This document shows positions 24,674-38,375 of a DNA stretch of 64,000 nucleotides, one piece after another. Positions within the stretch are counted from its first letter, which is position 1. Each line of letters starts with the position of its first letter. The DNA comes from Lama glama (taxonomy: Eukaryota), in NCBI GenBank assembly GCA_028534125.1, contig CM052816.1, forward strand, positions 59,584,001 through 59,648,000. The letters are read 5' to 3'. The notes under the pieces were generated by a model. It was not told where the DNA came from. It was given only the letters and a program-made list of their open reading frames with translations, and ran no database searches. The position numbers were made by a program, and so were the translations under genes.

Positions 24674-27600
24674 GATCTCACCAAAATGGCAGAGTAGGAG
24701 ACCCCAGCCTCCAACTGCCCACAAAGAACAACAATTAGACAGTTGTCCATGAATGAAAATAGCTCTGGGAGAGTTCAGAAGTTCACGTAAGAAGCTTCAG
24801 AGACACCATGGAACCAAAAACCTGAGAATAGCCATACAAAAAGGGTAGGAAAAAGAGTATCATTTTGCCTCCATCATCCTGTCACCCAGGCCTGTGCTGC
24901 TCAGTTTCAAGAGGGAAGTCCCGGGCCAAAGAGAGCTCCCTTGCTGGAAAAAGGAGAGCAGTGTGAGCAACCAGCTTCCTCATCTTTTGGGGGGCACTGC
25001 ATGAAGGACCTGCTTCAGATATCAGCAAAGCTGAGATAGCTAAGAACAAATGCGTACCAGTACCAGTCACACAGTATGAGTGACAGCGATTCCCAGTGGC
25101 CTGCTCTGTGGAGGACCCCAGTATCCTTTGACACTGAGGACCTTAACAGTCCAGCATCCACTGAATATTCTACCAGCTTTCATCACTGAGGCCCCTGTTG
25201 TTGACTCTAGCAGACTGCTCCCCAGAGGACCTTAGCAGCTTTCACCACTGAGGAGAACAGTGGCTGGGCAGAGTCACCACAGGCCCTCCTAAGGTTTGCA
25301 CCTCACAGGTTTCACACTCACAGATGCCAGGTGCCTGAGTCCCTCCACGCTCCCTTCCCTGACTCCTGCTGGAGCTTGGGATTCATGCCAGCAGCCGGCC
25401 CCAGCTGTGCACCTACTAGACGTCAACTGAGGCTGACCTCCACCACCATGTGTGCACCCGTGGCTAGCTCGTGCAGCTGCACGAATGCACACTGATAGCC
25501 AAGGCCCCACAGCTGCTTGTGATCTGGCCCAGACTCCTACCTCTGGCCTGCACTGCAGTGTATGCCTACAGCTGGTCCCAGTAGCTGTGCACCTGCACAC
25601 CACCGGCCCTGAATCTTGTCATCAATCTCCACTGTTGTGCACATGCCCGTGGCAATCTCTTACAGCTGCAAAAATGCATGCCAACAACCAAGGTTCCCAG
25701 AGCTTCTTGTGGGCTTGGATTCAGCCATGACTCCTATCACCGGCCTGCGCTGCCATGCAAGTCTGCAGCTAGTCCCTATAGCTGTGCGTCTGCATGCCAC
25801 CAGCCCCAACTCCCATTATCAGCTTCCGTTGCTAAGCATGCATCTGTGGCTAGGCCCAGCTGTCACACAAGCACATGTCAACAGTCAGGGTCCCTGGGGG
25901 TGCTCATGAACTTGCAGCCACTGTAGACCACCTCTCCCTTCCCCAACCACAGCTCTCACCAAAGATCACATAGTTGTTGAAGTTGTGGACCCCAGGTGCC
26001 TGAGCCAACAAGGCACCACAACCTCCAGACCTGGAGCCTCCACAGTCCTCACACAGGGTTCCCTGTATCACTAGACCCGGGGTCACAGAATGTCCAGTGT
26101 GCCCTCACTCATAGGCACAAGACTTTTCTTATTAAAGTCAGTTCACAAAGTCTGAAAGAGGTGGCTGTTTCTTCACATATGCAGATACCTATGCAAGGCT
26201 CCAGGAATAATAAAAGAAAAATCAGGGAAGCATGACACCACCAAAGGAACACAGTAAACTTCTAGCAACTGACCTAAAGAAATGGAGATACATGAATTGC
26301 TGACAAAGAATTCAAAATAATTGTTCTAATGATGCTCCAAGAAAATTACAAGAGGACAGAGCTAAACAATTTAATCAATTCAGGAAAACAATATAAGGAA
26401 AAAATGAAAAGTTTAACAAATGAATAGAAAACATAAAAAAGAACCATACAGAAAATTTGATGCTGAAAAATACAATGACTGAGCTAAAGAGTTCAATAAA
26501 GAGCTTCAACAGCACATTTGACCAAGCAGGAGAAAGAATCAGTGACACAAAAACAGATCATTTGAAATTATCAAGTCACAGAAGCAAAAAGAAAAAAGAA
26601 TGCAAGGGAATGAAAAAATTCTACTGGACTTAAGAGATTCTATTAAAAGAATCAATCTATGTATTATGGGAATTCTAGAATGAAATATGAAAAATAAAGG
26701 AGCAGAAAGCTTATTTAAAGAAATAATAACTGATAATTTTTCAAATCTGGGGAGAAATCTGGACTTTCAAGTTAATGAAGCTCAGATGTTTCCAAACAAA
26801 TTCAACCCAAAGAGATTTTCTCTAGAATGCATTAAAATGAAACTGTCAAAAATGAAAGACAAACAGAAAATCTTGGAAATAGCAAGAGAAAAAGAGAAAA
26901 GAAGCTTCTCACTCATGAGGCATCAACAAATTTCTCAGCAGAAATTTTGTAGGCCAGGAGAGAGTGGTATGATATATTTGAAGTGCTTAGAGAAAAATCT
27001 GCCAACTAAGACTACTTTATCTATCAGAATTATCCTTCAGAAATGAAGGAAAGATAAAGACTTTCCCAGACAAACAAAAGCTAAGTGGGTACATCACCAC
27101 TAAACTTGCCTTATAAGAAATGCTAGAAGTTCTTCAAGGTGAAATGAAAGGATGCTAGTTAACATGAAAACATGTGAAAATATAAAACACACTGATAAAG
27201 GTAAGTATCTAGTGAAATTTAGTTATGTACAATAATGCAGTATGGTGTGTTAATCACCCAACTCTAGTATAAAGGTTAAAGTACAGAAATTTAAAAATAA
27301 CTGTAACTATAATAATTTGTTAATGGATACACAATAAAATAAGTAAAATTTGACATCAAAAACAAAATGTAGGGGCAGGGAGTAAAAGGGTAGAGTTTTT
27401 GTATGCAACTGAAGTTAAGTTGTTTTAACTTAAAATAGATTGTTGTACTTATAAGATGTTTTATGTAAGCCTCATGGTAAAATTCACAGTAGATTCACAA
27501 AAGATAAAAAGAAGGGAACCAAAGCATATCACTATGGAATATCATCAATGTCTTAGAGAAGATAGCAAGAGAGGAAGAAGGGTCAACAGAACGGCCAGAA

Positions 27601-29447
27601 AACAACTAATAAGATGGTATCAGAAAGACCTATACATATTAATAATTACTTTAAATGTAAATAGATTAAATTCTACAATAAAAGGCATTTAGTGGCTGAA
27701 TGAATAAACAAAACAAGACCCAGCTATATACTGCCTACAAAAGCCTTACTTCAGCCTTAAGGACACACAAAGAGTCAAGGTGAAGGGATAGAAAAAGATA
27801 CTCTATGCACATGAAAACTAGAAGAGAGCAGGGGTAGCTATACCTATATCAGACAAAATATATATCATGTCAAAACTGTAGTAAGACAAAATCATTATAC
27901 AATAATAGTTAATCCATCAAGAGGACAGAACAACTACAAATACATATATATTTATCCAATGTGGGAGCACTTAAAATATAAGCAAAACTAGCAGATCTGA
28001 GGGGAGAAATAGACAACAATAAAAATAGGTGATTTTAATATATCCACTTTCAATATTGGATACATTATTCAGACAGAAAATCAATATGGAAATACTGGGA
28101 TTAAACTATACTTTAGATGTCATCTCTAACAAGCATGTATAGAAGATTCCATCTAACAGCAGCAAAATACACATTCTTCTCAAGTGAATATGGAATATTC
28201 TCCAGGATAGATCATATTTAGGCCACAAAACAGGTCTTAATACATTTATAAAGACTGAACTCATATAAAGCATCTTTTCTAACCACAATGGAATAAAACT
28301 AAAAATCAATAACAGGAAGAAAACAGGAAAATTCACAAATATGTGAGAGTTAAACAAAATGCTTATGAACAACCAATGGGTTAAAGAAGAAATAAAAAGA
28401 AAAATTATAACATATTTTGAAACAAACAGAAATGGAAATACAACATACCAAAATGTATGGGATTCAGGAAAAACAGTTCTAAGAGGGAAGTTTATAATGA
28501 TAAATGCTTACATTAAGAAAAAGAAAGATCTCAAATAAACAACCCAATTTTACACTTCAAGGAACTAGAAAAAGAAGAACAAAGTTCAAAGTTAGCAGAA
28601 GGAAGGAGATAACAAAGATCAGAGTAGAAATAAATTAAATAGAAAACAGGATAACAATAGAAAAGATCAATGAAACTAAGAGCCAGTGTTTTGTAAAGAT
28701 AAAAAAATAGACAAGACTTTATCTAGACTTAGCAAGAAAGAGAGGACTTCAGTAAGTAAAATTATAAATGAAAGGATACATTACAACTGATATCACAAAA
28801 TACAGTGAATCATAAGAGACTATTAGGAACACTTATTCACCAACAATTTGGATAACCTAGAAGAAACTAATAAATTCCTAGAAACATACAATCTACTAAG
28901 ACTGAATCATGAAGAGACAGAAAATCTGAACAGACCAGTAAAGAAGAAAATCTGAACAGACCAGTATAGAGTAAGGAGAGGGAATTAGTAATCAACCCCA
29001 CCCCCCGCAAAGAAAAGCTCAGGACCAGATGGCTTTATGAGTGAATTCTACCAAACATTTAAAGAAAAATTAATACCATCCCCACTCAAAATCTTCCCAA
29101 AAATTGAAGATATGGGAAAACTTCTAAACTGATTTTATGAGGCAAGCATTATTCTGATTAAAAAACCAGATAAGAATACTACAAGGCCAATAATCTCTGA
29201 TGAAAAAATACACACAAAATACTAGCAAACTGAATTCAACAGCACATTAAAAGAATTAATCAGCATAATAAAGTGGATTTATCCTTGGGATACAAGAATG
29301 ATTCAACATACACAAATCAATAAATGTGACATACCACATTAATAAAATGAAGAATAAAAATTATATGATCCTCTCAATGGATGCAGAAAGAGCATTTGAC
29401 AAAATTCAATACCCTTTCATGATAAAAACTCTCAATGAATTGGGTAT
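24674..29447 (+). mobile_element. Decayed L1 with 5'UTR, ORF1, endonuclease and the start of RT; 3' half missing
   Basis: 5' motif 'aaaatggcagagtagg'; ORF1 peptide KGAESLFKEIITDNFSNLGR..KDKQKILEIAREK (26687-27046); endonuclease start IITLNVNRLNSTIK (about 27640); RT 'ctcaatggatgcagaaagagcatttgacaaaattcaa'; many stops and frameshifts. Confidence 0.95.
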
Positions 29448-29449
29448 AT

Positions 29450-29940
29450 TGAGTTAGTTATTGAGCTAATGTCCAACTCCAGGAATTGATAAGGCAAAAG
29501 CATATTAAACCTAAAATGTCAAAGGAAGGAAATTATAAAAACTTGAGTAAAAATTAATGACATACAAAATGATGACACATTCAGGATTAATAAATGCTAA
29601 GGCTGATTCTCTGGTCAAGGAAAAAACACAAGTCACAAATATATAATATTAGATATGAAAGGGGAATGTAATAATTAACATAGCAGAGATTTAAAATATT
29701 ACTAGAGGTATCTATGAAAATCTTTATGTCAATACATTTCAAAAACATAATTGACATTTTTTCCAGAAAAATATAACTGTTGAACAGATTTAAACAAAAC
29801 AGAAAACCTTAATAGTCCTATAACTTTAAATTTTAATGTTTAAAATTTAAACAATAGTTTAAAATTTCCCTAATAATAAATCAGTTTCAAAAGATCTGCC
29901 AAACATATGGATAAAAGTTTATTCCAATCTTATACAAAGT
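29450..29940 (+). mobile_element. Older L1 ORF2 linker fragment
   Basis: A-rich, heavily decayed ORF2-like sequence that repeats a region already present in the upstream L1. Confidence 0.6.
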
Positions 29941-29944
29941 CTGT

Positions 29945-30240
29945 GTAACTGCCTCCTTTGCTGTAGGTGTGGTCACGTGACAGTTTTTACCAATGGAATG
30001 TGGGTAGTTGTGATGTGCTATATGTCACTGCTCAGCCTCAATCTTAGAAACTTCCCATGTTATCCACTGCACTGTCCCTCTTGCCCTTGATGGAAGCTAG
30101 ATGCAGAGAAGACACATGAAAAAAAAATCTGGACTCAACCTAAAACCTGGACAAGAGCTAACCTCAAAACCTGTGAGAAATTCATAATGTTATAACCACC
30201 AATCTGCTAGGTTTGTTTGTCACCACAAAAGTCGCCTAAC
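29945..30240 (+). mobile_element. MLT1 (MaLR) LTR fragment
   Basis: 'gcctcctttgctgtaggtgtggtcacgtgacagtttttaccaatggaatgtgggtag'. Confidence 0.75.
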
Positions 30241-31534
30241 ATATGACTTTACAAAGGGAAAAAAAAAATGAAAGTTTTTCAATGACATTTGGCCTATAAA
30301 ATTACTTGTAACAGGCCTAGGGGAAGACTCTGTTAGCTCTGCTTGGAATGCATAAATACCAATCACTGTGTCTAGCATGTCACTTCATGGCCTGGATTTT
30401 GGAAACTATTAAGAAGAGACTTTAATCTTAACTACAGAATATGTTACTCTGGGTCCTTCAGAATAAAATCAATATCTTATATGCCCCATGTGACCAATGA
30501 TCATTTGATCTTTTTCCTTTTATATTTTATAGAATGATTATCTGAACTGGTCCCTTAGCTTGGCATGACACTATTCAACCCACCACAGATAACTTCAACT
30601 TGGTAATCAGTGTCTGAAACTTTCAGCCTTGCAAAAGTCTACCAGTAGGAGTTGTGTTTTGTTCTAACAAAGTGAACAGTATACAATTTCTTTAATAATC
30701 TTGCCCTTGCCTTGCTTTTACTCTTATTTGTTTAGTTGGAAGGTCACATTTCTTTTGTTCTTCTCATTTCTATATGTTTCTACCCCCTTTAAGGAATGGA
30801 AAATAAGTCTCCTACTCAAGGATTCTGAAGGAGATACATTGATGAAAATATAGACTCTTGTTCTCATATTTCTACCATTTAACACTATTTTTGCCTTCCT
30901 ACTTACTGTGGAGTGCCTGCCAGGGGCAACATTTTTCATGGCACCAAGAAAAATGTTGAAATTGGCAGATTTCAAGTGCTGAAAAAAAAAACAACATTGC
31001 TCATTTGGACTAGAATATTATATATAAGTGTTTTGACCCAGGAAAATTTCAAGGAGTTATATGTTGGTCTCTTCCTCTTTCTACAAGGTATCATTATTGT
31101 TAGGAATTCATTTTTACATTTCCCAAAGCCAAAGATTTCCAAAATACTAAATTCTTTTAATCAATTACTCTTATTCTCGCCACCTCATAGGATGCTCAAA
31201 AATCATCAATAAAATCTGTTGAAATAGTCAAGTAAGCTCTTAGATAAAACTGCTGACCACGACTTAACTTTATGCTCTGTGCTTCTAGGCATGGCCTTAT
31301 TTTTTCCTCTGGATTGCTAAAAATAACTTTTGAGTGCAATCAAGAAGATAAGGCAGGAATCAGAAGCTTGAGAAAAGTAAGTGAATCTGTGTGTGTGAGA
31401 CAGAGAAATACAATGAGATTCTATGTGACAGAGCATTCACAGAGTCTTTGGACTATCCTGCTCTACACAAATTGTCCTGCTCCACAAATTTTGGTTTTGT
31501 TGTACCCACAAATCTCTAGGGAGCTAAGGTTTTC

Positions 31535-32220
31535 TATCACTTAGGATAGGGTCCAACTGAATATAATAGAAAGCCCTAAGTAATGGTGGTTTATATAAGG
31601 AGTTTCTTCTTCTCCCTCTCTTTCCCCTCTCCCTCATACTCTCCCTGAAGGGAAGTTTACAGAAAGGCAGCTCAGGGCTGGTGTTCAGAAGCCTGATGTT
31701 GCTGGGGGCCTGGGCTCTTTCTACCTCCACCACAGCTATGGTATGGTCTTCTTTTTCATGGCCCAAGATTGCCCTTCTCCCCTTTTCCATAATATCCTTC
31801 TCAGAGAGCAGTGCAGAGGATGGAGGAGAGAGAAAAGGGTATGCCTCTTTCTTTAAAGGAGACTTTCTAGGAACATCACTCAACATAGAAGTATACCTCA
31901 TTGGCTGGAACTTGGTCACATGGTCACATAGTTTGAGCCTTAAAAATAGTCTTAGCATGGTAGAAACATAAGCAATTGGTAGGGTAGCATGATAAAATAA
32001 AAATGGCCCATTAAATTAGATTTTCAGATTAACTTTTTGTGGTATAAGTGTACAACATTTGAGACATACTAAAATTGTATTTCTTTTCTGAAAGTCAAGT
32101 TTATTTTGGCAATCTGTATTTTTATTTGATAAATCTGTCAATCCCAAGTAGAAGGTAGGGTTCCCTACTAAAAGGAACAAGCAAATGGAAATGGGAATAG
32201 GTAAGCAATGGTCACCGGCA
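31535..32220 (-). mobile_element. MLT1J/K-like MaLR LTR, interrupted by MER53
   Basis: 'cctcattggctggaacttggtcacatggtcaca', 'ggcagctcagggctggtg'. Confidence 0.7.
31981..32144. mobile_element. MER53 palindromic hAT MITE
   Basis: 'agggtagcatgataaaata..ccattaaattagattttcagat..ctgtattttt..ataaatctgtcaatccc' matches the recalled MER53 consensus. Confidence 0.75.
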
Positions 32221-35200
32221 CAGCTACTTGGAAGGACCTGATGCAATTAAATGTTATCCAGCTATGGGATGAAAAGATGGACATTGTGACAGGGGATAGG
32301 AAAACTTCTGAGATCATCTTTGTTATCGTTGCTAACAAATCTATACTAATAAATTTTTACTAGTAAAGTTAATGATTGGGACCATAACATATAATCCTTA
32401 ACCTCTCTAGTACTTGTTAGTGAGATTCTAGAGTACTTTATGTGATTTTCTGTGCATACAGTAGGAAGATACTGACCATAAAAAATTTTTTTTTGAAAAA
32501 TGCCTTTACAGTTCTCTAGGTGGAAGGACACGCTCTTACTTATACTGGGTCAGACTCCTCTCTTTGAGTCTGACACAAGGTGTGACCATGTTCCCTTCTG
32601 AATATCCCTTTTTACTTATTATGGAGTTTGAATGTCAATTCAGACTATTTATTTAACTCATTTAGCTTACCTTGGAATATGAGGGGGAGCTCCCAGGGAC
32701 CACCAGTTTTATTTTGGCACAAGCTGAGCTTCCTAAATACAGAAGCACTTTTCTGTCAGATCATAAGTTCATCTCTGAATGGACTAGCTTTCATTTCTGA
32801 ATGGGCCTTCAGACATCCAGGCTGGGTCTGACTCACAACAGAAAAGAACACTTTGCCTCTATTTACATTCCATTTGATGGGAAGCAGCAAGCTACACCTT
32901 GGAGATAAAGCCGCAATGTCCACACTTTCCTGTCTTCACATCCTGGCCGATACACTGACCATCAAAGTTATATCTGATGAAAACGATGAAAATAAACACT
33001 TTTTCTTGTTCTCTGCCTCACTTTTCTGTCCCTACCTATTCTTTCCAGGGTAGCTGTTCCCCTGAGTTCAACACGAAAATTTGTAGCAAGCTTTTTAATT
33101 ACAACATTTTTATTGCAAAAGGTAGAATAAAAAAGAATGACCAGAATATTTAGGGATTATTGCTTTTCTTATCCCTCTGGATTCTGAAGCTAATGAATGA
33201 TTCATAATTCATTTCTAGGCATGAATACTATTCTCCTGGTGACCTCTAAGTCATGATAAGGGAAAAAAAAATATCCTCAGAGAGCAAAACGAGAAGCAAC
33301 ATATTTGTGGCTCAAGCTGGATGAATGGAAAAGAACAGAACACTCAGTGGATTAAATAGGATCCTGCAAATCTAAGCTTAGTGGTTGAATGGTTGCCCAG
33401 TTTATATTAAAGGACTTATTTCCATTTACAAAATGATTCCCTTTGCATGGTTCAAGGCTTAATATGCTGGGCATGTTCCCAGCCCTAAGCATTTATTTAA
33501 GAAAAGCTTTCCGTGTCAACAAAATTCAGGTTCAGAAATGATAAATTTAATGATGAGATCTACAACTTGAAGTCCTGGCTAATTTCAGGTGCTGAACATC
33601 CTCCAACCATTTTTACTGGAATGGGAGGGATACAGCAAATGCTATGACTCAGTTCCAGTTATGTTATCACCTCCAATCAGATGAAAATGCCCTTGAAACC
33701 CAGGATATGCATTCCTGAGAGTGCTTACATTCGATATATGGTTAAGCGAGGCCAAACTTCAAGATGAAAGTGGAGGAAATCAGACAGTTGCCCAGAAATT
33801 TCCAAACACTGGCAATATATCTGGATGAATGACTCCATTTTTTTACTTTTCATGCACTCCTGTGTGTAACTATCCAAAGCTGAAGTTATCTTGGTGGGTA
33901 CCCTGACTTGGCAATATAAGGCATTATAAGCTTCCTAAGGTCACAGCCTGTAGAACTGTGAATACTAATACTAGTGTACAGGAATTCTGACACATTCCAG
34001 GGTTATGACTAATTGCTATTGAGCTTTCAATGCAAGGTCTGATTATTGATCATCTCCAGCTCCTGGTTTTCAGTGTCAAGCCTGCCATATGGTTGGCACT
34101 TAATATGTGTCTGGTGAATGAAATGAAATGACTAACAATGCAGTGGAAACTTAACCACAATAGCTGTTACACTCAGTAGAAATATTTCAAAAGCTAAGCC
34201 AAGACAGGGTTTAAAAAAATGCAGCTCTGAATAAAGGAGCTAAAACAAACATGAAAACCAAGACACAAAGCCAAGTAAATCAGCAACTGGGCTACATTGA
34301 TACACCTGGTCAGTATCGTACTGAACTTGGGTTTCATTGGAGGAGAGGTGTGTACCCCCTGTAAACACAAAGACCCACAGAGCAATAAACAACAACAGTT
34401 CAAAGGGCAACACTAATGAGAAAGGAAATGTTTCCTTTAGAATTTGCTGCAAAGACTATTTAAGAGGAGCTCACTCCCTAGTCTACAGCAAGGCTGAAAA
34501 CTGTCCCTCCTCTCCACCTCCTGTACACCTCTGTCACTCATCCCAGCAACTCAGAGTCTCAATCTTCTTCACTCCAACTCCCAAGACAATACTATTCATC
34601 CTATTCTATGCAGAGCCTCTTGCTCTCCTTCCCCGTCTTCACGGTACTTCTCTCAGACCTTTAATTGTGTAGATAAACTTAACTTCCTGCCAAGTACCAA
34701 TTATCTACTCCCTTTAGGGAGACTACAGGGAAGGGAAATTGGGCTAAAAATGACAGAACTGTCTCTGGCATATGAAATGAGTGCCAAAACTCTGTACATA
34801 TTTTCAGACTAATCATTTGTGTCCCACTGCACTAATTTTAAACAGTCACTTAACAGGAATCAGCATCTGATGTGGAAAGAGGATGAGATCTCATAATGTG
34901 TGCAGTATGTATAAACACAATTTCTTCTATAGCCATCATGGACATTTTAAGGCATAGGAAAGCTCACTTTGACAGATGATTGCTCTGTTACAGGATGGCA
35001 GCAAAGTAGGTAAATAGGATCATGCCATTTTTATAGCACAGAATTGGTAAAAGGCATTTTACAAATCCTGGCACCCTTGAACTGAACAATTTTTAGGCTA
35101 ATGTGTGTCTTGCTTTAGACAGCAGTGCTTATTGGTGGAGGGTGGATTAATCGCTTAGCTTTATGACAATCGTTAAGCATTCAAGCAAAAGGAGATGCTC

Positions 35201-35829
35201 AGTACTAAGCCAGGTATTTTCCATTCATCCTCTGGGGGTAGGTAGCACATGTTGTGTGTCTACTTCCAGTGAAGGCTCTCGAGGAAGTCTTACATCACTC
35301 AGTGGCAATGTTTTGACGTGTCCCTTTCTAGGATCATGTTTAGCTCTGAAAAGAATGGCTTTACAAAATTATCTCAATTATAAGTGTTGGACAGGTGTTC
35401 TTTATTTAGTAGATATGATGTCTAGGCACTGATTGGCTATGGTCCATATTGTGAAAATCATATTAATTTCAGAAAACACTCATGCAATAAAGGTAAACAC
35501 ACATTACAAGGAAAATCAGAACATTATATATTCTGGCTAGAATGTCAGAAGCTTTAAAAAAATAGTAGTAGATTCAGGGTTTAGTTAGATAGCTATTTCT
35601 AATATTTTTTTTTCCCTGAGATTCAGTCATACATATATGTATACATATTCTTTTTCATATTTCTATTTTGTTATAGGTTATTACCAATCCCTTTTTAGCT
35701 GTATTCCCCCATTTTTTTGTCAAGGTCATCATTATCTCCGTGGTAAACGGTTTCATCTAACATGTATCTACTTCTGAGTTTCAAGTGTATCCTATTGGAC
35801 TCCTGCAATGTTCCTCTTCAGAATCTTCT

Positions 35830-36325
35830 TGGCCATATGCTTCACTCTGGCCACTACTGCACTGGATGACCTGCAGGCTTTGATCAGATCAGCACAGACC
35901 TCAGGGGTCAGAACCACCCAGCACTTTGTCTCTGCCCAAGTTAGAGACGGCTTGCTTCCTCTCCTGGACTTAACTACTCTGCAAAACTGGAGATACTCGC
36001 TTATACATTCACAACCAGAAGCAGGAGAGTGACAATGTCTGATGTCCATCCTTTAGCAGTAGGGGATGGGAGCAAAAATGCTTTCCTGTTTGCCCCATGT
36101 ATAGTTCTGTGACATTTTTTATGATTCCTCAGAAGGTCCCAACAGAATGGACTTCCAGTTCCCTGTAGCAGAAGCTAACCATACAACATATTTTCGCAGA
36201 GGTTTTCCCTCCTTCAAGGTTTTACTCCCCTGTTGTGCACCTCTGCTTTAACGAATCATATTCCCAAAGAAATTACAAGCACATGAGTGTCCCTCTCAAG
36301 CCCTGGGGAGACACAGGCTCTAACA
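35830..36325 (+). mobile_element. LTR16-like ERVL solo LTR
   Basis: 'ggggatgggagc..attcctcagaaggtcccaacagaatggacttccagtt..ctcaagccctggggagacacaggctctaaca'. Confidence 0.7.
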
Positions 36326-36471
36326 TGTATTTATCACACTGTTAGGAATTCTCTTCTTATCCTTTGGTAAGGAAGAGTTACATAAAAAAAAATAAATAAA
36401 AGAACATAGAAAGGATTTTTATTTGTTCTGATTATCAAAAAAGTATGCCTTGGAGACAGAATCTATGTATC

Positions 36472-36756
36472 TACACTGTCCAATCTGTTGGTACTAGGTA
36501 TACATGGATACTGAGCACCTGAAATGTGGCTAATCCAAATTGAGATGCGCCATAGATGCAAAACACATTCTGAATTTCAGAGGGTACCAAAAAAGCAGTG
36601 ATTTTTATATTGATTATTTTGAAATAATCATATTTTACATATATTGGTTTAATCAAATATATTATTAAAATTAATGTTGCTTTTTCACATTTTAAATGTG
36701 CCTATTAGACAACTTAATATTCCATGTGTGACTCACACTGTATTCTTATTGGACAC
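36472..36756. mobile_element. MER33-like hAT-Charlie element
   Basis: Ends 'ctgtccaat' and 'attggaca' are inverted; internal 'tgagcacctgaaatgtggctaatccaaattgagatg'. Confidence 0.85.
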
Positions 36757-36769
36757 TTCTCTTCAGATG

Positions 36770-37580
36770 GAGGAGACTCAAGAGGCATTTAAGTCATTTG
36801 CAATGCACTGACTTTGGAGCTAATTAAAACAATAAGTACATCTGAGATAAATCAGAGAAAGAGAAATGCTGTATGTTATCATTTACATGTGGAATTTAAA
36901 AAATAAAACAAATAAATGAATATAATTAAACAGAAATTGACTCATGGCTATAGAGAACAAACTAGTGGTTACCAGTGGGGAGTGGGAAGGGGGAAAGGGC
37001 AAGATAGAGGCAGGGGATTAAGAAGTATAAACTACCATGTATAAAATAAATAAACTACAAGGATATATTGTTCAACACAGGGAATATAGCCAATATTTTT
37101 AATAATGTTAAATGGAATATAATCTATAAAAATACTGAATCACTATGCTGTATACCTGAAACTAATATAATATTGAAAATCAACTATACTTTGATAAATA
37201 TATTTATGTAAAAATTATATTAAAAAATGAAACAAAGAGGAAAATTTTAAAACCACCTAGGTATTTGATATAAGAAATTATTGTTACATATTTTTTAGGC
37301 ATGATAAATGTCTTAACATTGTGATTTAGGTTTTTAAAAAAGAGTCTTTATGTTTTAGAAATATATACCAAAATATTTATGAATGAAATGATACATCACA
37401 TGTTTGTTTTAAAGCAATCCATGAATGGGGTAGGGAAAAAGTAGGTAGGCATATAAATGAAATAAAGCTGGCTATCAGTTGATAATTGGTAAAATTAGCA
37501 CCAGTTGGTACTTGGGAGCCTATTATCCTATTCTCTCTACTTTCCTATATGTGTTGAATTTTCCATGATAAAAAATAATT
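36770..37580 (+). mobile_element. Old L1MC-type 3'UTR with a younger L1 3' end nested at about 36838-37200
   Basis: Young part 'gagaacaaactagtggttaccagtggggag..aacacagggaatatagccaata..gaatcactatgctgtatacctgaaactaata'; the flanks resemble the L1MC4 3'UTR. Confidence 0.8.
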
Positions 37581-37875
37581 CACTAAAAGAAAACTTCTGG
37601 TAGTGTCTAGTGATGGCAAGGCACTGACTTACATAGGCTATGTGCACAACTGATATCTATATAACAAAGACTTCACTTCTGTCTCTTCTCAGTCTCCGGC
37701 AAGAAGGACAGCACCTGATATAGTTTTATGACGGAAGATGTGCACAAAATACTAGGAGTCTTCACTGCCTGGAGAAGTTAACACGGATTATGTGAAGGGA
37801 ATTAATGCGTATTCCATCCCAAGGTGATCTTGGTATTATTCAAAGAAAGGTGGCTCTTTTTATATTATAAATACA

Positions 37876-38375
37876 NNNNNNNNNNNNNNNNNNNNNNNNN
37901 NNNNNNNNNNNNNNNNNNNNNNNNNNNNNNNNNNNNNNNNNNNNNNNNNNNNNNNNNNNNNNNNNNNNNNNNNNNNNNNNNNNNNNNNNNNNNNNNNNNN
38001 NNNNNNNNNNNNNNNNNNNNNNNNNNNNNNNNNNNNNNNNNNNNNNNNNNNNNNNNNNNNNNNNNNNNNNNNNNNNNNNNNNNNNNNNNNNNNNNNNNNN
38101 NNNNNNNNNNNNNNNNNNNNNNNNNNNNNNNNNNNNNNNNNNNNNNNNNNNNNNNNNNNNNNNNNNNNNNNNNNNNNNNNNNNNNNNNNNNNNNNNNNNN
38201 NNNNNNNNNNNNNNNNNNNNNNNNNNNNNNNNNNNNNNNNNNNNNNNNNNNNNNNNNNNNNNNNNNNNNNNNNNNNNNNNNNNNNNNNNNNNNNNNNNNN
38301 NNNNNNNNNNNNNNNNNNNNNNNNNNNNNNNNNNNNNNNNNNNNNNNNNNNNNNNNNNNNNNNNNNNNNNNNNNN
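37876..38375. other. Assembly gap, 500 N
   Basis: N run. Confidence 1.
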
